Below, in pieces: positions 9,244 through 18,046 of a stretch of DNA of 59,254 bases. Origin of the DNA: Planctomycetota bacterium (GTDB taxonomy: Bacteria; Planctomycetota; Planctomycetia; Pirellulales; PNKZ01). Numbering within the stretch: the first letter of the stretch is position 1; the number at the start of each line of letters is the position of its first letter. The stretch spans positions 1-59,254 of the forward strand of contig JAFLCO010000002.1 of assembly GCA_017303535.1 (NCBI GenBank), given 5' to 3'. Made by a program: the position numbers and the translations under genes. The notes under the pieces were generated by a model that saw only the letters and a list, made by a program, of their open reading frames with translations, searched no databases and had not been told where the DNA came from.

Positions 9244-10209
9244 ATGAATCCCGCGTCGTTGCTTTTGATCTACTGTGCGCTGATCGTGGCGGCGTCGCTC
9301 TTGGGCGGGTTCATTCCGCATTGGATTCGGCTAACGCATACCCGCATGCAGACGGCCCTAAGTTTCGTGGCCGGGGCGATGCTGGGGGTCGGCGTGTTGC
9401 ACTTGGTGCCGCATGCCTTCGTGCTGCTCGGTTCGATCGATCGGACGATGTGGTGCCTGCTCGCCGGATTTCTGCTGATGTTCTTCATCGAGCGGGCATT
9501 TCACTTTCACCACCATGGTGCGCCGGACGGCGAAGAATCGGCCGATCCGACCGGGCCGGACCACGAATGCGCGCTGGGGCATCACGACCATTCGGCCCAT
9601 GAGCATGTCGGGCATTCGCACGAGCACGATCATTCGCATGTTCACGATCACGGGCCGGTCCACGGCCACGGAGGCGGGAATACCGGCTGGGCCGCAGCGC
9701 TCTTGGGCCTAGCCTTGCATAGCCTGCTTGACGGGATCGCACTGGCCGCGGCTGTCGGGGCCGAGGCGGCCGAGCACGGCACCGTGAAGTGGGCCGGGCT
9801 GGCCGTGTTCCTCGTCGTCGTGTTGCACAAGCCGTTCGATTCGCTGACGCTCGGCACGCTGATGGCCGTCGGCGGCCGCACCGCCAAGCATCGGCACTTG
9901 GTCAACGTCGGATACGCGCTGGCCGTGCCGACGGGTGCCCTGCTCTTTTACATCGGGGCCTTCGCGCTCGGCGGCGGGGCGACGCAATTCGTCGGCTATG
10001 CGCTGGCGGCGGCCGCGGGGACGTTTCTCTGTATCGCGACCAGCGACTTGCTGCCGGAGCTGCAGTTCCACACGCACGACCGTTTCCGACTTTCGGCCGC
10101 GCTCTTGGCCGGCCTTGGGCTTTCGGCCGCGATTATGTTCTTCGAAGATCGCGGGCACGATCACAATCGGCCGCAGGTTCCCGCAGCGACGTCGGCGGCG
10201 GCAAGCTGA
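9244..10209 (+). CDS. ZIP-family divalent metal transporter with a long His-rich loop
   Basis: Multiple TM helices. The His-rich loop reads [10 protein letters not shown]...[35 protein letters not shown]-like motifs [10 protein letters not shown] and [11 protein letters not shown] are present. Start is the ATG at 9244 (MNPASLLL). Confidence 0.85.
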   Translation: MNPASLLLIYCALIVAASLLGGFIPHWIRLTHTRMQTALSFVAGAMLGVGVLHLVPHAFVLLGSIDRTMWCLLAGFLLMFFIERAFHFHHHGAPDGEESADPTGPDHECALGHHDHSAHEHVGHSHEHDHSHVHDHGPVHGHGGGNTGWAAALLGLALHSLLDGIALAAAVGAEAAEHGTVKWAGLAVFLVVVLHKPFDSLTLGTLMAVGGRTAKHRHLVNVGYALAVPTGALLFYIGAFALGGGATQFVGYALAAAAGTFLCIATSDLLPELQFHTHDRFRLSAALLAGLGLSAAIMFFEDRGHDHNRPQVPAATSAAAS

Positions 10210-10212
10210 AGG

Positions 10213-10785
10213 CTAGTCGAGTCCACGTTCTTTGCGGATGCGGCCGACTTCGGCCATCACTTCGGCAATGATCGCCTGATTGGCGTAAATGTACGTGGCC
10301 TGAAAGTAGAAGCCGGCGGCGATCAGCGCCATGCCGGCCAGCGCCGCACCGAGGTGAACATCGGCCCAAGCGAAATCGTCGCCGAAGCGGGCAATCAGAT
10401 CGCGCGAGAAGCTTGAGCCGGGATCAGCCGCGCCGCCAAGCGCCACGATGCCGACGACGATTAACATGCTCATTACCGAGATTGGAAACGCCCGCCGCTT
10501 CAGCTTGTTGGCCCGCAGTACGAACTCGGGCGGCAAACGATAGGTTTCGCTGACTTCTTTGTTCCAGCGACTGGTGCCGACGAAGTACGTTATGACGACG
10601 CTGTTGACCAGAAGCACGCACACGCCGGCCGCAATGCCGGAGAGGCGATGCACCGTCGCGAGGCGCTGGGCATCGGTATCGCGGGGATTGCGAATGTCTT
10701 TCGTGTGCAGATAGATGCCGAGCACGAGCACGGCCGTCATAGCGGCCAGGGCGAGGGCGGCCAACGGATAGAAGATGCGGTTCAC
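10213..10785 (-). CDS. Hypothetical integral membrane protein (190 aa)
   Basis: GTG start at 10785. About four hydrophobic helices, for example LAALALAAMTAVLVLGIYL, IAAGVCVLLVNSVVITYFV, ISVMSMLIVVGIVALGG and AALAGMALIAAGFYF. Confidence 0.7.
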   Translation of the reverse strand: MNRIFYPLAALALAAMTAVLVLGIYLHTKDIRNPRDTDAQRLATVHRLSGIAAGVCVLLVNSVVITYFVGTSRWNKEVSETYRLPPEFVLRANKLKRRAFPISVMSMLIVVGIVALGGAADPGSSFSRDLIARFGDDFAWADVHLGAALAGMALIAAGFYFQATYIYANQAIIAEVMAEVGRIRKERGLD

Positions 10786-10847
10786 GTCAAACTCGGAACG
10801 ATTCGGGGGCGGCGAAACGTTCTAGTCTAACTTCGACGTGTTTCGTT

Positions 10848-10882
10848 CTAAAGCCCAGAGACCTTTGGTCCCTGGGCTTTAG
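10848..10882. repeat. 16-bp-stem hairpin overlapping the stop codon of 10879..11886
   Basis: CTAAAGCCCAGAGACC-TTT-GGTCCCTGGGCTTTAG, with one mismatch. The right arm contains the TAA stop (10879..10881, minus strand). Confidence 0.6.
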
Positions 10883-11886
10883 GGAAGCGCCGTCATCTGC
10901 TGTAGATAGAGTTCGGTCACATCCGTGTAGGGGCGTGAGCCGGGGGCGAACTGAAAGAGTCGCTCTTCCAACGGCACGTTGATCTGCACTTCGTAGAGTT
11001 CTAAAGCAAGCAGCAGTCCGTTGGGGTCGGCGTTGACCGGCGGCGCGGCGCCCGCGTCGGCGGTCGCGACTCCGTGCTCCGCCCCCTCGGGCAGGCGGCG
11101 AAATTCGATGCGATACGGAAACAAGTCGTCGGTGCCGAGGAACAGCACGACCTGATCGGGCACGTGCGGCCGCAACACCAGTCCGCCGACGGTGCGACCG
11201 GCGTCTTTCTTCTTCGGCGCGGAGGCCGCGAAGCCGCTCAATGCTTCCGCTTTCCAAGAACCGGTGACGACATGCACCGGCAGGTCACCAAGCTTGGAAG
11301 CGGCCACGCTATGAAACTGAAAGTCTTTGCGCAACGAAGCCAACAGATGGCCAAGCCCGCCGACGGCGAGCGCTTGTTGCATGCGGCCGATGTCGCCCGG
11401 CGCAGGTTGGGCCGCGGCCTGGCGTTCGTAAGCCGCGAGAATGCGGTCGACCTCGACGCGCTGGATGATCGGTTCATCTTCAAGCTGGCGCGAGATCCAG
11501 AGGTAGCGGTCGTCGCAAACCTGCAGCGAATGCACGATTTGCGAGCCGACTTTCATCCGAATCTCGTAGCGCAGCAGCCGCGAGCGGTTGGGGCCTTGGG
11601 CATAGTCGCCGGAGCCGATGAGTTCGCGCCCGTAGAGGTTGCCGCGCTGCCGCACCTTAGCGACCACGGAAAGGTGCTGCGCCAATTCGGACGTGGCCCG
11701 TTCGACGATCGCGCCCGGCGACATGGTCTTAGCCGCCGGTTCTTCAAACTGTGGGCGATCGACCTCGGCGTTTGCTGCCGGCGGCGCAAGCACTTGGGCA
11801 CGCGTCGCCGGCAAATCGAACACAGCAGCCGCCAAGAAACAGCTTGCCGCAACGGCCGCCGGCAAACTGTGACTCCTATTCTTCAT
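10879..11886 (-). CDS. Exported hypothetical protein (335 aa)
   Basis: The N-terminal signal-like sequence is MKNRSHSLPAAVAASCFLAAAVFDLPATRAQ. The gene is divergent from the 12195..15456 operon. A LolA-like fold is only a guess. Confidence 0.75.
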   Translation of the reverse strand: MKNRSHSLPAAVAASCFLAAAVFDLPATRAQVLAPPAANAEVDRPQFEEPAAKTMSPGAIVERATSELAQHLSVVAKVRQRGNLYGRELIGSGDYAQGPNRSRLLRYEIRMKVGSQIVHSLQVCDDRYLWISRQLEDEPIIQRVEVDRILAAYERQAAAQPAPGDIGRMQQALAVGGLGHLLASLRKDFQFHSVAASKLGDLPVHVVTGSWKAEALSGFAASAPKKKDAGRTVGGLVLRPHVPDQVVLFLGTDDLFPYRIEFRRLPEGAEHGVATADAGAAPPVNADPNGLLLALELYEVQINVPLEERLFQFAPGSRPYTDVTELYLQQMTALP

Positions 11887-12194
11887 GGTCGGGCTGGTTC
11901 GGTTGGTCGGGTTCTAACGGATTTACCAAAGATTCCCGTTGTGACAGGCCGACGTTACCTACACGAGGCTTCGAAGCGGAAGGCGTGCGCAGGGAAGCGC
12001 CCGCGCCGCGTTCGACACTTCGGCCCGAATCGATTTCGGGCGGCATTGTAGGACTGCGGGCAACCAAGGTCCACGCCGAAAACAGGCCCGAAAAAGCCGC
12101 GAAATCACCAGCTCCGCAGCCCGACGCTCACACAAGCCGCACTCCGGGACGATTGGCCCGCCGTCGGCACAGGGATGGATCCAAGGGGGAACCG

Positions 12195-13178
12195 ATGAAG
12201 TACCGATTTGCCTTTTTGTGCGCGCTGGCCGCGATCTGCGGTTGCCGCGTACCGTTCGTGTCGCACACGATGCCGCCGGCGACGATGATGCAACATCCGG
12301 GCCCCGGCGTCGACGGCCCCGGTCCGGGCGTGATGACCATCGGCGATCCGGCCGCGGCGATGCCGTTGTCGAATTCGCAAGTGGCCTTCATCGGCCCCGA
12401 AGGCGCCGCCGTCGCATGGAGCGTCGGCCAAGCGGGCATGTTCGACAGCGAACCGCTCGTCGCTCCGGCTCGCAGCAATTTTCCGCAAGGCGCGCTCTAT
12501 CGTCTGAAGCTCACCGACCTGCCGGGCCGCCCGGGCGTCGAGCTTTACCCGACGATCGAAATCGCTCCGGCCGTACACCGCACGGAAGCCTATCTGTCGC
12601 ATAACGCGATTCCGGTGCAGTTCACCGAAGAAGATCTCGACCAAGTGCTCTCGGGCAACTTCGTCACCAAGGTCATCTTCTTGCCGGATCCTGAGTTCCA
12701 AGAACTCGCGGTCGCCGGCGTGCAAGAACTCGTCAGCACACGGCTCGATCCGGGCCAAGACCCGATCGTCGAAGCCGATCGCCAAGGCGCGATCATGGCG
12801 ATCATCCGCATCGGTAACAAGGACCTGGAAGTGCCGGGCCTCGAAGGTGACGTCGGCGGCTTCGCCGAAGGAAGCGAACTCTACCAGGGCGTGACGCAAG
12901 CTCAGTACGGAATTCCGATCACCGGAACGCCGATCGGCTTGCCTGGTCCTCCGCACATTCCGCTCGGCGGACCGGCGGGCCTGCAAAAGCACGTGATTCG
13001 CAACCACACGTTCCAGCACTATCCGCAGCCGACGAAGAAGCAGAGCATCCACGTGAAGCAAACGCCGGGCATGAGCTATCCGAAGCCCGCCAACAAGGCC
13101 TTCGTCCACGAGCATGCGAGCGTCGGCCTTGGTGCCCGCGGTGCGGGAGCCGGAGCCGGTGCGGCTTACTGCCCGTAG
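12195..13178 (+). CDS. Exported (possibly lipo-) protein, paralogue A of a YPTIEI-motif family
   Basis: Start is the ATG at 12195 (MKYRFAFLCALAAICGC...). It shares conserved blocks with 13336..14142. The Pro/Gly-rich C-terminal part has no counterpart in the paralogue. Confidence 0.8.
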   Translation: MKYRFAFLCALAAICGCRVPFVSHTMPPATMMQHPGPGVDGPGPGVMTIGDPAAAMPLSNSQVAFIGPEGAAVAWSVGQAGMFDSEPLVAPARSNFPQGALYRLKLTDLPGRPGVELYPTIEIAPAVHRTEAYLSHNAIPVQFTEEDLDQVLSGNFVTKVIFLPDPEFQELAVAGVQELVSTRLDPGQDPIVEADRQGAIMAIIRIGNKDLEVPGLEGDVGGFAEGSELYQGVTQAQYGIPITGTPIGLPGPPHIPLGGPAGLQKHVIRNHTFQHYPQPTKKQSIHVKQTPGMSYPKPANKAFVHEHASVGLGARGAGAGAGAAYCP

Positions 13179-13335
13179 AGTTTCCACCGAGCAGCCCAAC
13201 TGACTCGCAGTCGCCGCCGCAGCCCGAATCGCTGCGGCGGCGACGTAGTCGGACCCCTTAACCGAGCATGGCTCGATAGCGGTCCGACGCCTCACTTCTC
13301 TTCGCCCCACAATCGTCAGCGGCGGTCGACACCCC

Positions 13336-14142
13336 ATGTCGCACTCCTTCCGTCATTTCGCTGGTCGCCTGGCTCGGCTCGGCTTCGCCTTTGCGACCGT
13401 CTTGGCAAGCTTGGGCGTCTCAACGGCCGCGGCACAAAAGCCGAACGTGCATTACCGTTACCCGGCGCCGCAACAACCGACCGGCCTCGTCGGCGCCACG
13501 CGGTTGCAACAAGGCGGACCAGTGCAGGGCAACTTTCAACCTGTCGAACTCACCGGGCCCGACGGCGTTTGGATCAGCCTCGCCGATCAAGGGGGCTGGA
13601 CCGATCCCGTCGAAGGGGCCGTTCACGCAGGCATGCTCATCGGAGCGCCGTATCGCGTGAAGCTCGACAACCTGCCGGAAGAGTTCAACCTGCCGCAGTG
13701 CTACCCGACGATCGAAATCGTCGATCGCACGTATGCTCCGCAAGGGCTCGAACGGCGGTTTCCAATTCCCGTCGTGTTCAATGAAGACGACATCCGCCAA
13801 GCGACGCGCGGCATGCTCGTGACACGCGTTATCTACATCGAAGACCCGCAACAAGCCATTCCAGGCCGCCAACTGCCTGGCGACCAACTTTGGCACGACG
13901 CGGGATCGCAAGCCAATCCGCTAGAAGTGGCGGATCGACTGGGTCGGCCAGTGGCGATCGTTCGTCTCGGCGCGCGAATGCCCGACGAACGCTCGGGGCC
14001 GGACATGGAATTCACGTACGGTTGCCCACCCTGGCGACGATTGAGCGCTCCGGTGGCCGCGGAAGTCGCGCCAACGCCGGCGGAAGCACCCATGCAGCAG
14101 GCCCGCCGCTCGCAGGCCGCCGCCAAGAGCACCGTTCAGTAA
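13336..14142 (+). CDS. Exported protein, paralogue B of the YPTIEI-motif family
   Basis: The signal peptide is ...FAFATVLASLGVSTAAAQ. Blocks YRVKLDNLPEEFNLPQCYPTIEIVD, IPVVFNEDDIRQATRGMLVTRVIYIEDP and NPLEVADRLGRPVAIVRLGAR align with paralogue A. Confidence 0.8.
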   Translation: MSHSFRHFAGRLARLGFAFATVLASLGVSTAAAQKPNVHYRYPAPQQPTGLVGATRLQQGGPVQGNFQPVELTGPDGVWISLADQGGWTDPVEGAVHAGMLIGAPYRVKLDNLPEEFNLPQCYPTIEIVDRTYAPQGLERRFPIPVVFNEDDIRQATRGMLVTRVIYIEDPQQAIPGRQLPGDQLWHDAGSQANPLEVADRLGRPVAIVRLGARMPDERSGPDMEFTYGCPPWRRLSAPVAAEVAPTPAEAPMQQARRSQAAAKSTVQ

Positions 14143-14175
14143 CACACGAAACTCGTCGCCTCACTACGCCCAGCC

Positions 14176-15456
14176 ATGCGAACCACTTTGAACACGACGC
14201 TCGGCCGACGCCTCATCGCCCTGCTCTTGCCGGCGGCGCTGGTCGTTTTGCCCGCGTGCAAGTCGTTGCCCGATTCGTTTACGAATTTCGCGGCCTTTCG
14301 CAAACAGCCGGCTGCGGAAGGCGCTCCGGTAGACGCGGCTGCGGCTCCGGCCGTTGTGCCGCAGGCCCTCGCCGGTGACGCTCCGGGCCAATCGAAGCTC
14401 GAATCGCGCATACTCGGGCCAAAAGGCAAACCGCCCGTCGGCGAACAACTGCCCGCCATGCCGCGCGCCGGGTGCGAAGTGCAAGGAGGCGTGCCGATTC
14501 CGTTCGTCGCCCATAGCGCGTGGCAGCCGCCCGGCATCAAAGGCCCTTGGCCGCACGATGAGTTCCTCCACGACGGCGGCGATGCTTATGAACCGGTCGG
14601 TGTGAGCCCCGAGTGGCGCGTCGACGGCTTGAACGTCGAAGACACCGTCGCTCACTACGACACGCTCGACGGCCGAACGCTCGTCGAGCCGTCGAACTGC
14701 ACGTATCTCTACGCGCCGCGGTTCAGCTCCGTGCGAACCGTCATCAACGCGTCGTCGAGCGAATTTGTCGACGGCCCAACGCGGTTCAAACGCGGCGAGC
14801 GCGTCGTCAACATGGAAGAACGGGCTCGCATCGGCATCAACACCGAGAACCTGCAGCCGATCGGACAAACGGCCACGACGAAGCTCACCGTGTTTGCTCG
14901 CGATCAACGCGACGGCATCCTTTCCAAGGCCTTGCTGCCGTACGAATTCAAGCAGTCGTTTGCGGCGTTCGAAAACCTGACGGTCATCCGCACCGGCATC
15001 ATGCAAGGCTCCGAAAAGGCCCGGCTCGCCGAAGCCGTCGACAAGGCCATCATCTGGACCAAAGACGACGGTCTCAAGGTTGCGATCGACAAACAAGCGG
15101 CCAAGGTTGCCACTGGCGACCAGCGAGCGCAGGCGATCTACGTCGTCAACGAACCGACCTGTGCACGGCTGCGAATCTGCAAAATCGCCTCGACCGCCGC
15201 GGCCAACCCCGGCGACACCGTCGACTTCACGATTCGTTACGACAACGTCGGCGACGCGCCGGTCGGCAACATCGTGATCTTGGACAGCCTCACGACGCGG
15301 CTGGAATACGAGCCGGGCAGCGCTCAATCGAGCCGCAAGGCCCACTTCAGCACGACCGAAAACGCCGCCATCTCGCTCGAACTCCGCTGGGAGATCGAAG
15401 AGCCGCTCCAACCCGGCGACGGCGGACTCGTGCGATTCCGCTGTAAGGTGAGGTAG
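14176..15456 (+). CDS. Putative lipoprotein with a C-terminal DUF11/CARDB-like Ig-fold domain
   Basis: The signal plus lipobox-like sequence is LLLPAALVVLPAC. The C-terminal segment ANPGDTVDFTIRYDNVGDAPVGNIVILDSL...GGLVRFRCKV is typical of the DUF11 'conserved repeat domain'. The gene starts 33 nt after the previous gene. Confidence 0.8.
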   Translation: MRTTLNTTLGRRLIALLLPAALVVLPACKSLPDSFTNFAAFRKQPAAEGAPVDAAAAPAVVPQALAGDAPGQSKLESRILGPKGKPPVGEQLPAMPRAGCEVQGGVPIPFVAHSAWQPPGIKGPWPHDEFLHDGGDAYEPVGVSPEWRVDGLNVEDTVAHYDTLDGRTLVEPSNCTYLYAPRFSSVRTVINASSSEFVDGPTRFKRGERVVNMEERARIGINTENLQPIGQTATTKLTVFARDQRDGILSKALLPYEFKQSFAAFENLTVIRTGIMQGSEKARLAEAVDKAIIWTKDDGLKVAIDKQAAKVATGDQRAQAIYVVNEPTCARLRICKIASTAAANPGDTVDFTIRYDNVGDAPVGNIVILDSLTTRLEYEPGSAQSSRKAHFSTTENAAISLELRWEIEEPLQPGDGGLVRFRCKVR

Positions 15457-15463
15457 GCGGGGA

Positions 15464-15495
15464 CAGACGTCAGACTTCAGCGGTCAGACGTCAGC
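15464..15495. repeat. Short duplicated CAGACGTCAG motif after the operon stop
   Basis: CAGACGTCAGA (15464..15474) and TCAGACGTCAGC (15484..15495). A hairpin CCAGTGACC-TTC-GGTCGCTGG follows at 15501..15521. Confidence 0.5.
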
Positions 15496-15629
15496 AAAGC
15501 CCAGTGACCTTCGGTCGCTGGAATACGACCTGCCAATATCTCGTCCTTGCCTTGCGATAACGTGACGCAGAGAGTCGACCGGTCTAGGATGATGATGGAT
15601 TACCAACGAGTCATCACGTTGTCGCAGCC

Positions 15630-16127
15630 ATGTTGTGGAGCAGCAAAAAGTTCGTAACGTGGTTAGGCTGCTGTTTGATGCCCGCATTCGTCGGTGCAAA
15701 CACCGGTCATAAATTTGGCTGGACTTACTTCGACTACCTGTTTGCTGGCATCACGATTGTGGTCGCGGCCTCTTGCGTCGTGGCGATGCAGCGACAAGTA
15801 CGCAAGCCAGGATTGAGCGACAATCTCGAACGACTGTTTGCGGTTCGATCTCTGTATGGCGACGGCCTGCAATGTGCAGTGGCGGTCGTCCTCGTTTCAC
15901 TCACGCATTCCGGCGAAGTCGCGCCATTGCACCCGGCCAAACTGCCGATAGGTCTGCTTCGTTTGGGTCTACTTATATGGTGCGTCAACCTTACCTTTAG
16001 AACGGTCGGCAACAGTTGTAATTCGGGCGTACGACCATTCGATCGAGCACTGGCGCTAGTCAGCGTCGCGAACCTTGGTTTGGCGCTCGGCTATTGTCTA
16101 TTTAAGCCGATCATGTATTTCGACTGA
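15630..16127 (+). CDS. Hypothetical membrane protein in a visibly lower-G+C patch
   Basis: A 165-aa ORF with four to five hydrophobic segments. Third codon positions are not GC-enriched, unlike the neighbours. No motif is recognised. Confidence 0.5.
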   Translation: MLWSSKKFVTWLGCCLMPAFVGANTGHKFGWTYFDYLFAGITIVVAASCVVAMQRQVRKPGLSDNLERLFAVRSLYGDGLQCAVAVVLVSLTHSGEVAPLHPAKLPIGLLRLGLLIWCVNLTFRTVGNSCNSGVRPFDRALALVSVANLGLALGYCLFKPIMYFD

Positions 16128-16197
16128 TCGTCGCGGCACGCAGTGAGCCGGTGTACAGACTAGCTCCGCGCAAACTATACTGATTGGGCTTCGCACG

Positions 16198-16250
16198 CCC
16201 CTCCCCTTCCCTCTAGCGTCTAGCAGCTAACGCCTAGCGCCTCTCCGCCC
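16198..16250. repeat. C/T-rich low-complexity leader with CTAGCG repeats immediately upstream of the aminotransferase ATG
   Basis: CCCCTCCCCTTCCCTCTAGCGTCTAGCAGCTAACGCCTAGCGCCTCTCCGCCC abuts the ATG at 16251. Confidence 0.5.
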
Positions 16251-17360
16251 ATGCCTCATCCTTGGATCGCCGACCGCATGGCCCATTTCGACAGTTCGGG
16301 CATCCGCAAGGTGTTCGATCTGGCGGCCAAAATGAAGAGCCCGATCAATCTCTCGATCGGCCAGCCCGACTTCGACGTGCCGCAACCGGTCAAGCAAGCG
16401 GCGATCGACGCCCTGCAAAGCGGCAAAAACGGTTACTCGCAGACGCAAGGCATCGGCCCGCTGCGTGAGAAGCTGCTCGAGCGCACGAAGGCCGAGTTCG
16501 GCCACGCCGATCGCGATCTTTTCATCACCTCCGGCACCAGCGGCGGGCTGGTGTTGGCGATGCTGGCCTTGGCGAATCCGGGCGACGAGGTAATCGTCTT
16601 CGATCCGTACTTCGTGATGTACCCGTCGCTGGTGAAGCTGACCGGCGCGACGCTCAAGCCGATCGACACGTATCCCGACTTCCGTATCGACGTCAACAAA
16701 GTTCGCGACGCCATCACGCCGCGCACGAAGGCGATCCTGTTCAATAGCCCGGCCAACCCGACCGGCGTGAGTGCGAGCGTGGCCGAAGTACGCGACTTGG
16801 CGCAGCTCGCGGCGGAGAAGAACGTCGCTCTGGTGAGCGACGAAATCTATCGGGCCTTCCAATACGACGCCGAGTTCGTCTCGCCGGCGAAGTTCAATCC
16901 CGACACGATCGTCATCGACGGTTTCAGCAAAGGCTACGGCATGACCGGCTGGCGGCTCGGCTACGCCCACGGTCCGAAGGCCGTGATTCAAGAAATGGCC
17001 AAGCTGCAGCAATACACGTTCGTCTGCGCACCGCAGCCGTTTCAGTGGGGCGGCGTCGCGGCGCTCGACGTCGACATGACGCCGCATATCAACGATTACC
17101 GCCGCAAGCGCGATCGGCTGGTCAGAGGACTGGCCGACTTGTTTGAACTCGCCACGCCCGGCGGGGCCTTCTATGCGTTTCCCAAAGCCCCCTGGGGAAC
17201 CGGCACGGATTTCGTCGCCGCGGCCATCGAAAAGGAACTGCTCATTATTCCGGGCGGCATTTTCAGTGCTCGCGATACGCACTTCCGCATTTCGTACGCG
17301 GCGCCGGATGCCGTCATTGATCGCGGCATTGAAGTCCTGCGCAGCATCGCGCGGCGATAA
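16251..17360 (+). CDS. PLP-dependent aminotransferase, class I/II (AspC-like)
   Basis: The N-terminus reads SGIRKVFDLAAKMKSPINLSIGQPDF. The PLP-lysine context is FSKGYGMTGWRLGY, and NSPANPTG is present. Confidence 0.9.
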   Translation: MPHPWIADRMAHFDSSGIRKVFDLAAKMKSPINLSIGQPDFDVPQPVKQAAIDALQSGKNGYSQTQGIGPLREKLLERTKAEFGHADRDLFITSGTSGGLVLAMLALANPGDEVIVFDPYFVMYPSLVKLTGATLKPIDTYPDFRIDVNKVRDAITPRTKAILFNSPANPTGVSASVAEVRDLAQLAAEKNVALVSDEIYRAFQYDAEFVSPAKFNPDTIVIDGFSKGYGMTGWRLGYAHGPKAVIQEMAKLQQYTFVCAPQPFQWGGVAALDVDMTPHINDYRRKRDRLVRGLADLFELATPGGAFYAFPKAPWGTGTDFVAAAIEKELLIIPGGIFSARDTHFRISYAAPDAVIDRGIEVLRSIARR

Positions 17361-17371
17361 GTTCTGCGAGT

Positions 17372-18046
17372 TCAGGTGCCGACGCGTCGCGGGTCCGTCG
17401 GCATTTGCACGATCTCCCCTGCCCCGCCGACCACGAACACGCCGTCGCCCGCGCGTGGCCGAACCAGGGCCGTGCCGGTGAAGCGACCGAAAGCCGGCAG
17501 CACCGCGACTTCGCGGCCGAACCAGAAGCAGGCCGCTTTCATGCTGCCGCCCCCGGGCTCCAAAAGTTCGACGGCCGGATGGATATGGCCGGCGATCACA
17601 TAGCCGCTCGGGTCCGGCTCCGGATGATGGCGAAAGACCAGCGGCCCGATCTGCAGTCGCTCGCCGGCCGGCGCAATGCTCCAGATCGCCGGCAGTTGCC
17701 CGGCCTTCTTATCGTGATTGCCGGTGACGCAGAGCCAATCCAGCACACCGTGCCGGATGCGCCAGGCCGCGATTTGCGAGATCGTCTCCGGCGTCATGCC
17801 GGCCTTGTCGTGCACGAGGTCGCCGACGATCAAAAGTGTCGTCGCCTGCCATTGGTCCACGAGCGCGGTCAGCCGCTGCAAATCGGTTCGAGTCGTGCCG
17901 TGAGGAATCGGCACTCCGGCCTGGCGAAACGACGCCGCCTTGCCAAGATGCACGTCGGCGGCGATCAACTTACGGCGAGCAGGCCACCATAGAGCGCGCT
18001 CCGCCAGCGGAACAAGCGTTTCACCGGCCACTTCAAATTGCAGCAT
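17372..18046 (-). CDS. pdeM: Ligase-associated DNA damage response metallophosphoesterase
   Basis: Motifs ADVHLGK, GDLVHD, GNHD and GHIHP are present. It is the last gene of the exo-lig-lhr-pdeM cassette. Start is the ATG at 18046 (MLQFEV), overlapping the lhr 3' end. Confidence 0.85.
   Translation of the reverse strand: MLQFEVAGETLVPLAERALWWPARRKLIAADVHLGKAASFRQAGVPIPHGTTRTDLQRLTALVDQWQATTLLIVGDLVHDKAGMTPETISQIAAWRIRHGVLDWLCVTGNHDKKAGQLPAIWSIAPAGERLQIGPLVFRHHPEPDPSGYVIAGHIHPAVELLEPGGGSMKAACFWFGREVAVLPAFGRFTGTALVRPRAGDGVFVVGGAGEIVQMPTDPRRVGT

Noticed and set aside
9097-9321. 5' extension of dtd (the 224-aa track ORF)
   Set aside because: Dtd proteins are about 145-150 aa and begin MRAVVQRV. 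The extension is Arg-rich and would run into the ZIP gene promoter and start.
9520-9690. His-codon-rich repetitive DNA (CAC/CAT runs)
   Set aside because: It is explained by the His-rich cytoplasmic loop of the ZIP transporter and is not an independent repeat element.
11751-12194. 5' extension of the first operon gene (the 475-aa track ORF)
   Set aside because: The extension overlaps the divergent gene 10879..11886 and is Pro/Arg-rich. The ATG at 12195 gives a signal or lipoprotein-like N-terminus.
12105-15411. Minus-strand ORFs of 410 aa (12105..13337) and 415 aa (14164..15411)
   Set aside because: They lie antisense to the exported-protein operon. The plus-strand products have signal peptides, paralogous blocks and a DUF11-like domain. 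The minus-strand products are Arg/Asp/Gly-rich low-complexity sequence.
16227-17282. Minus-strand 351-aa ORF
   Set aside because: It lies antisense to the PLP aminotransferase gene.
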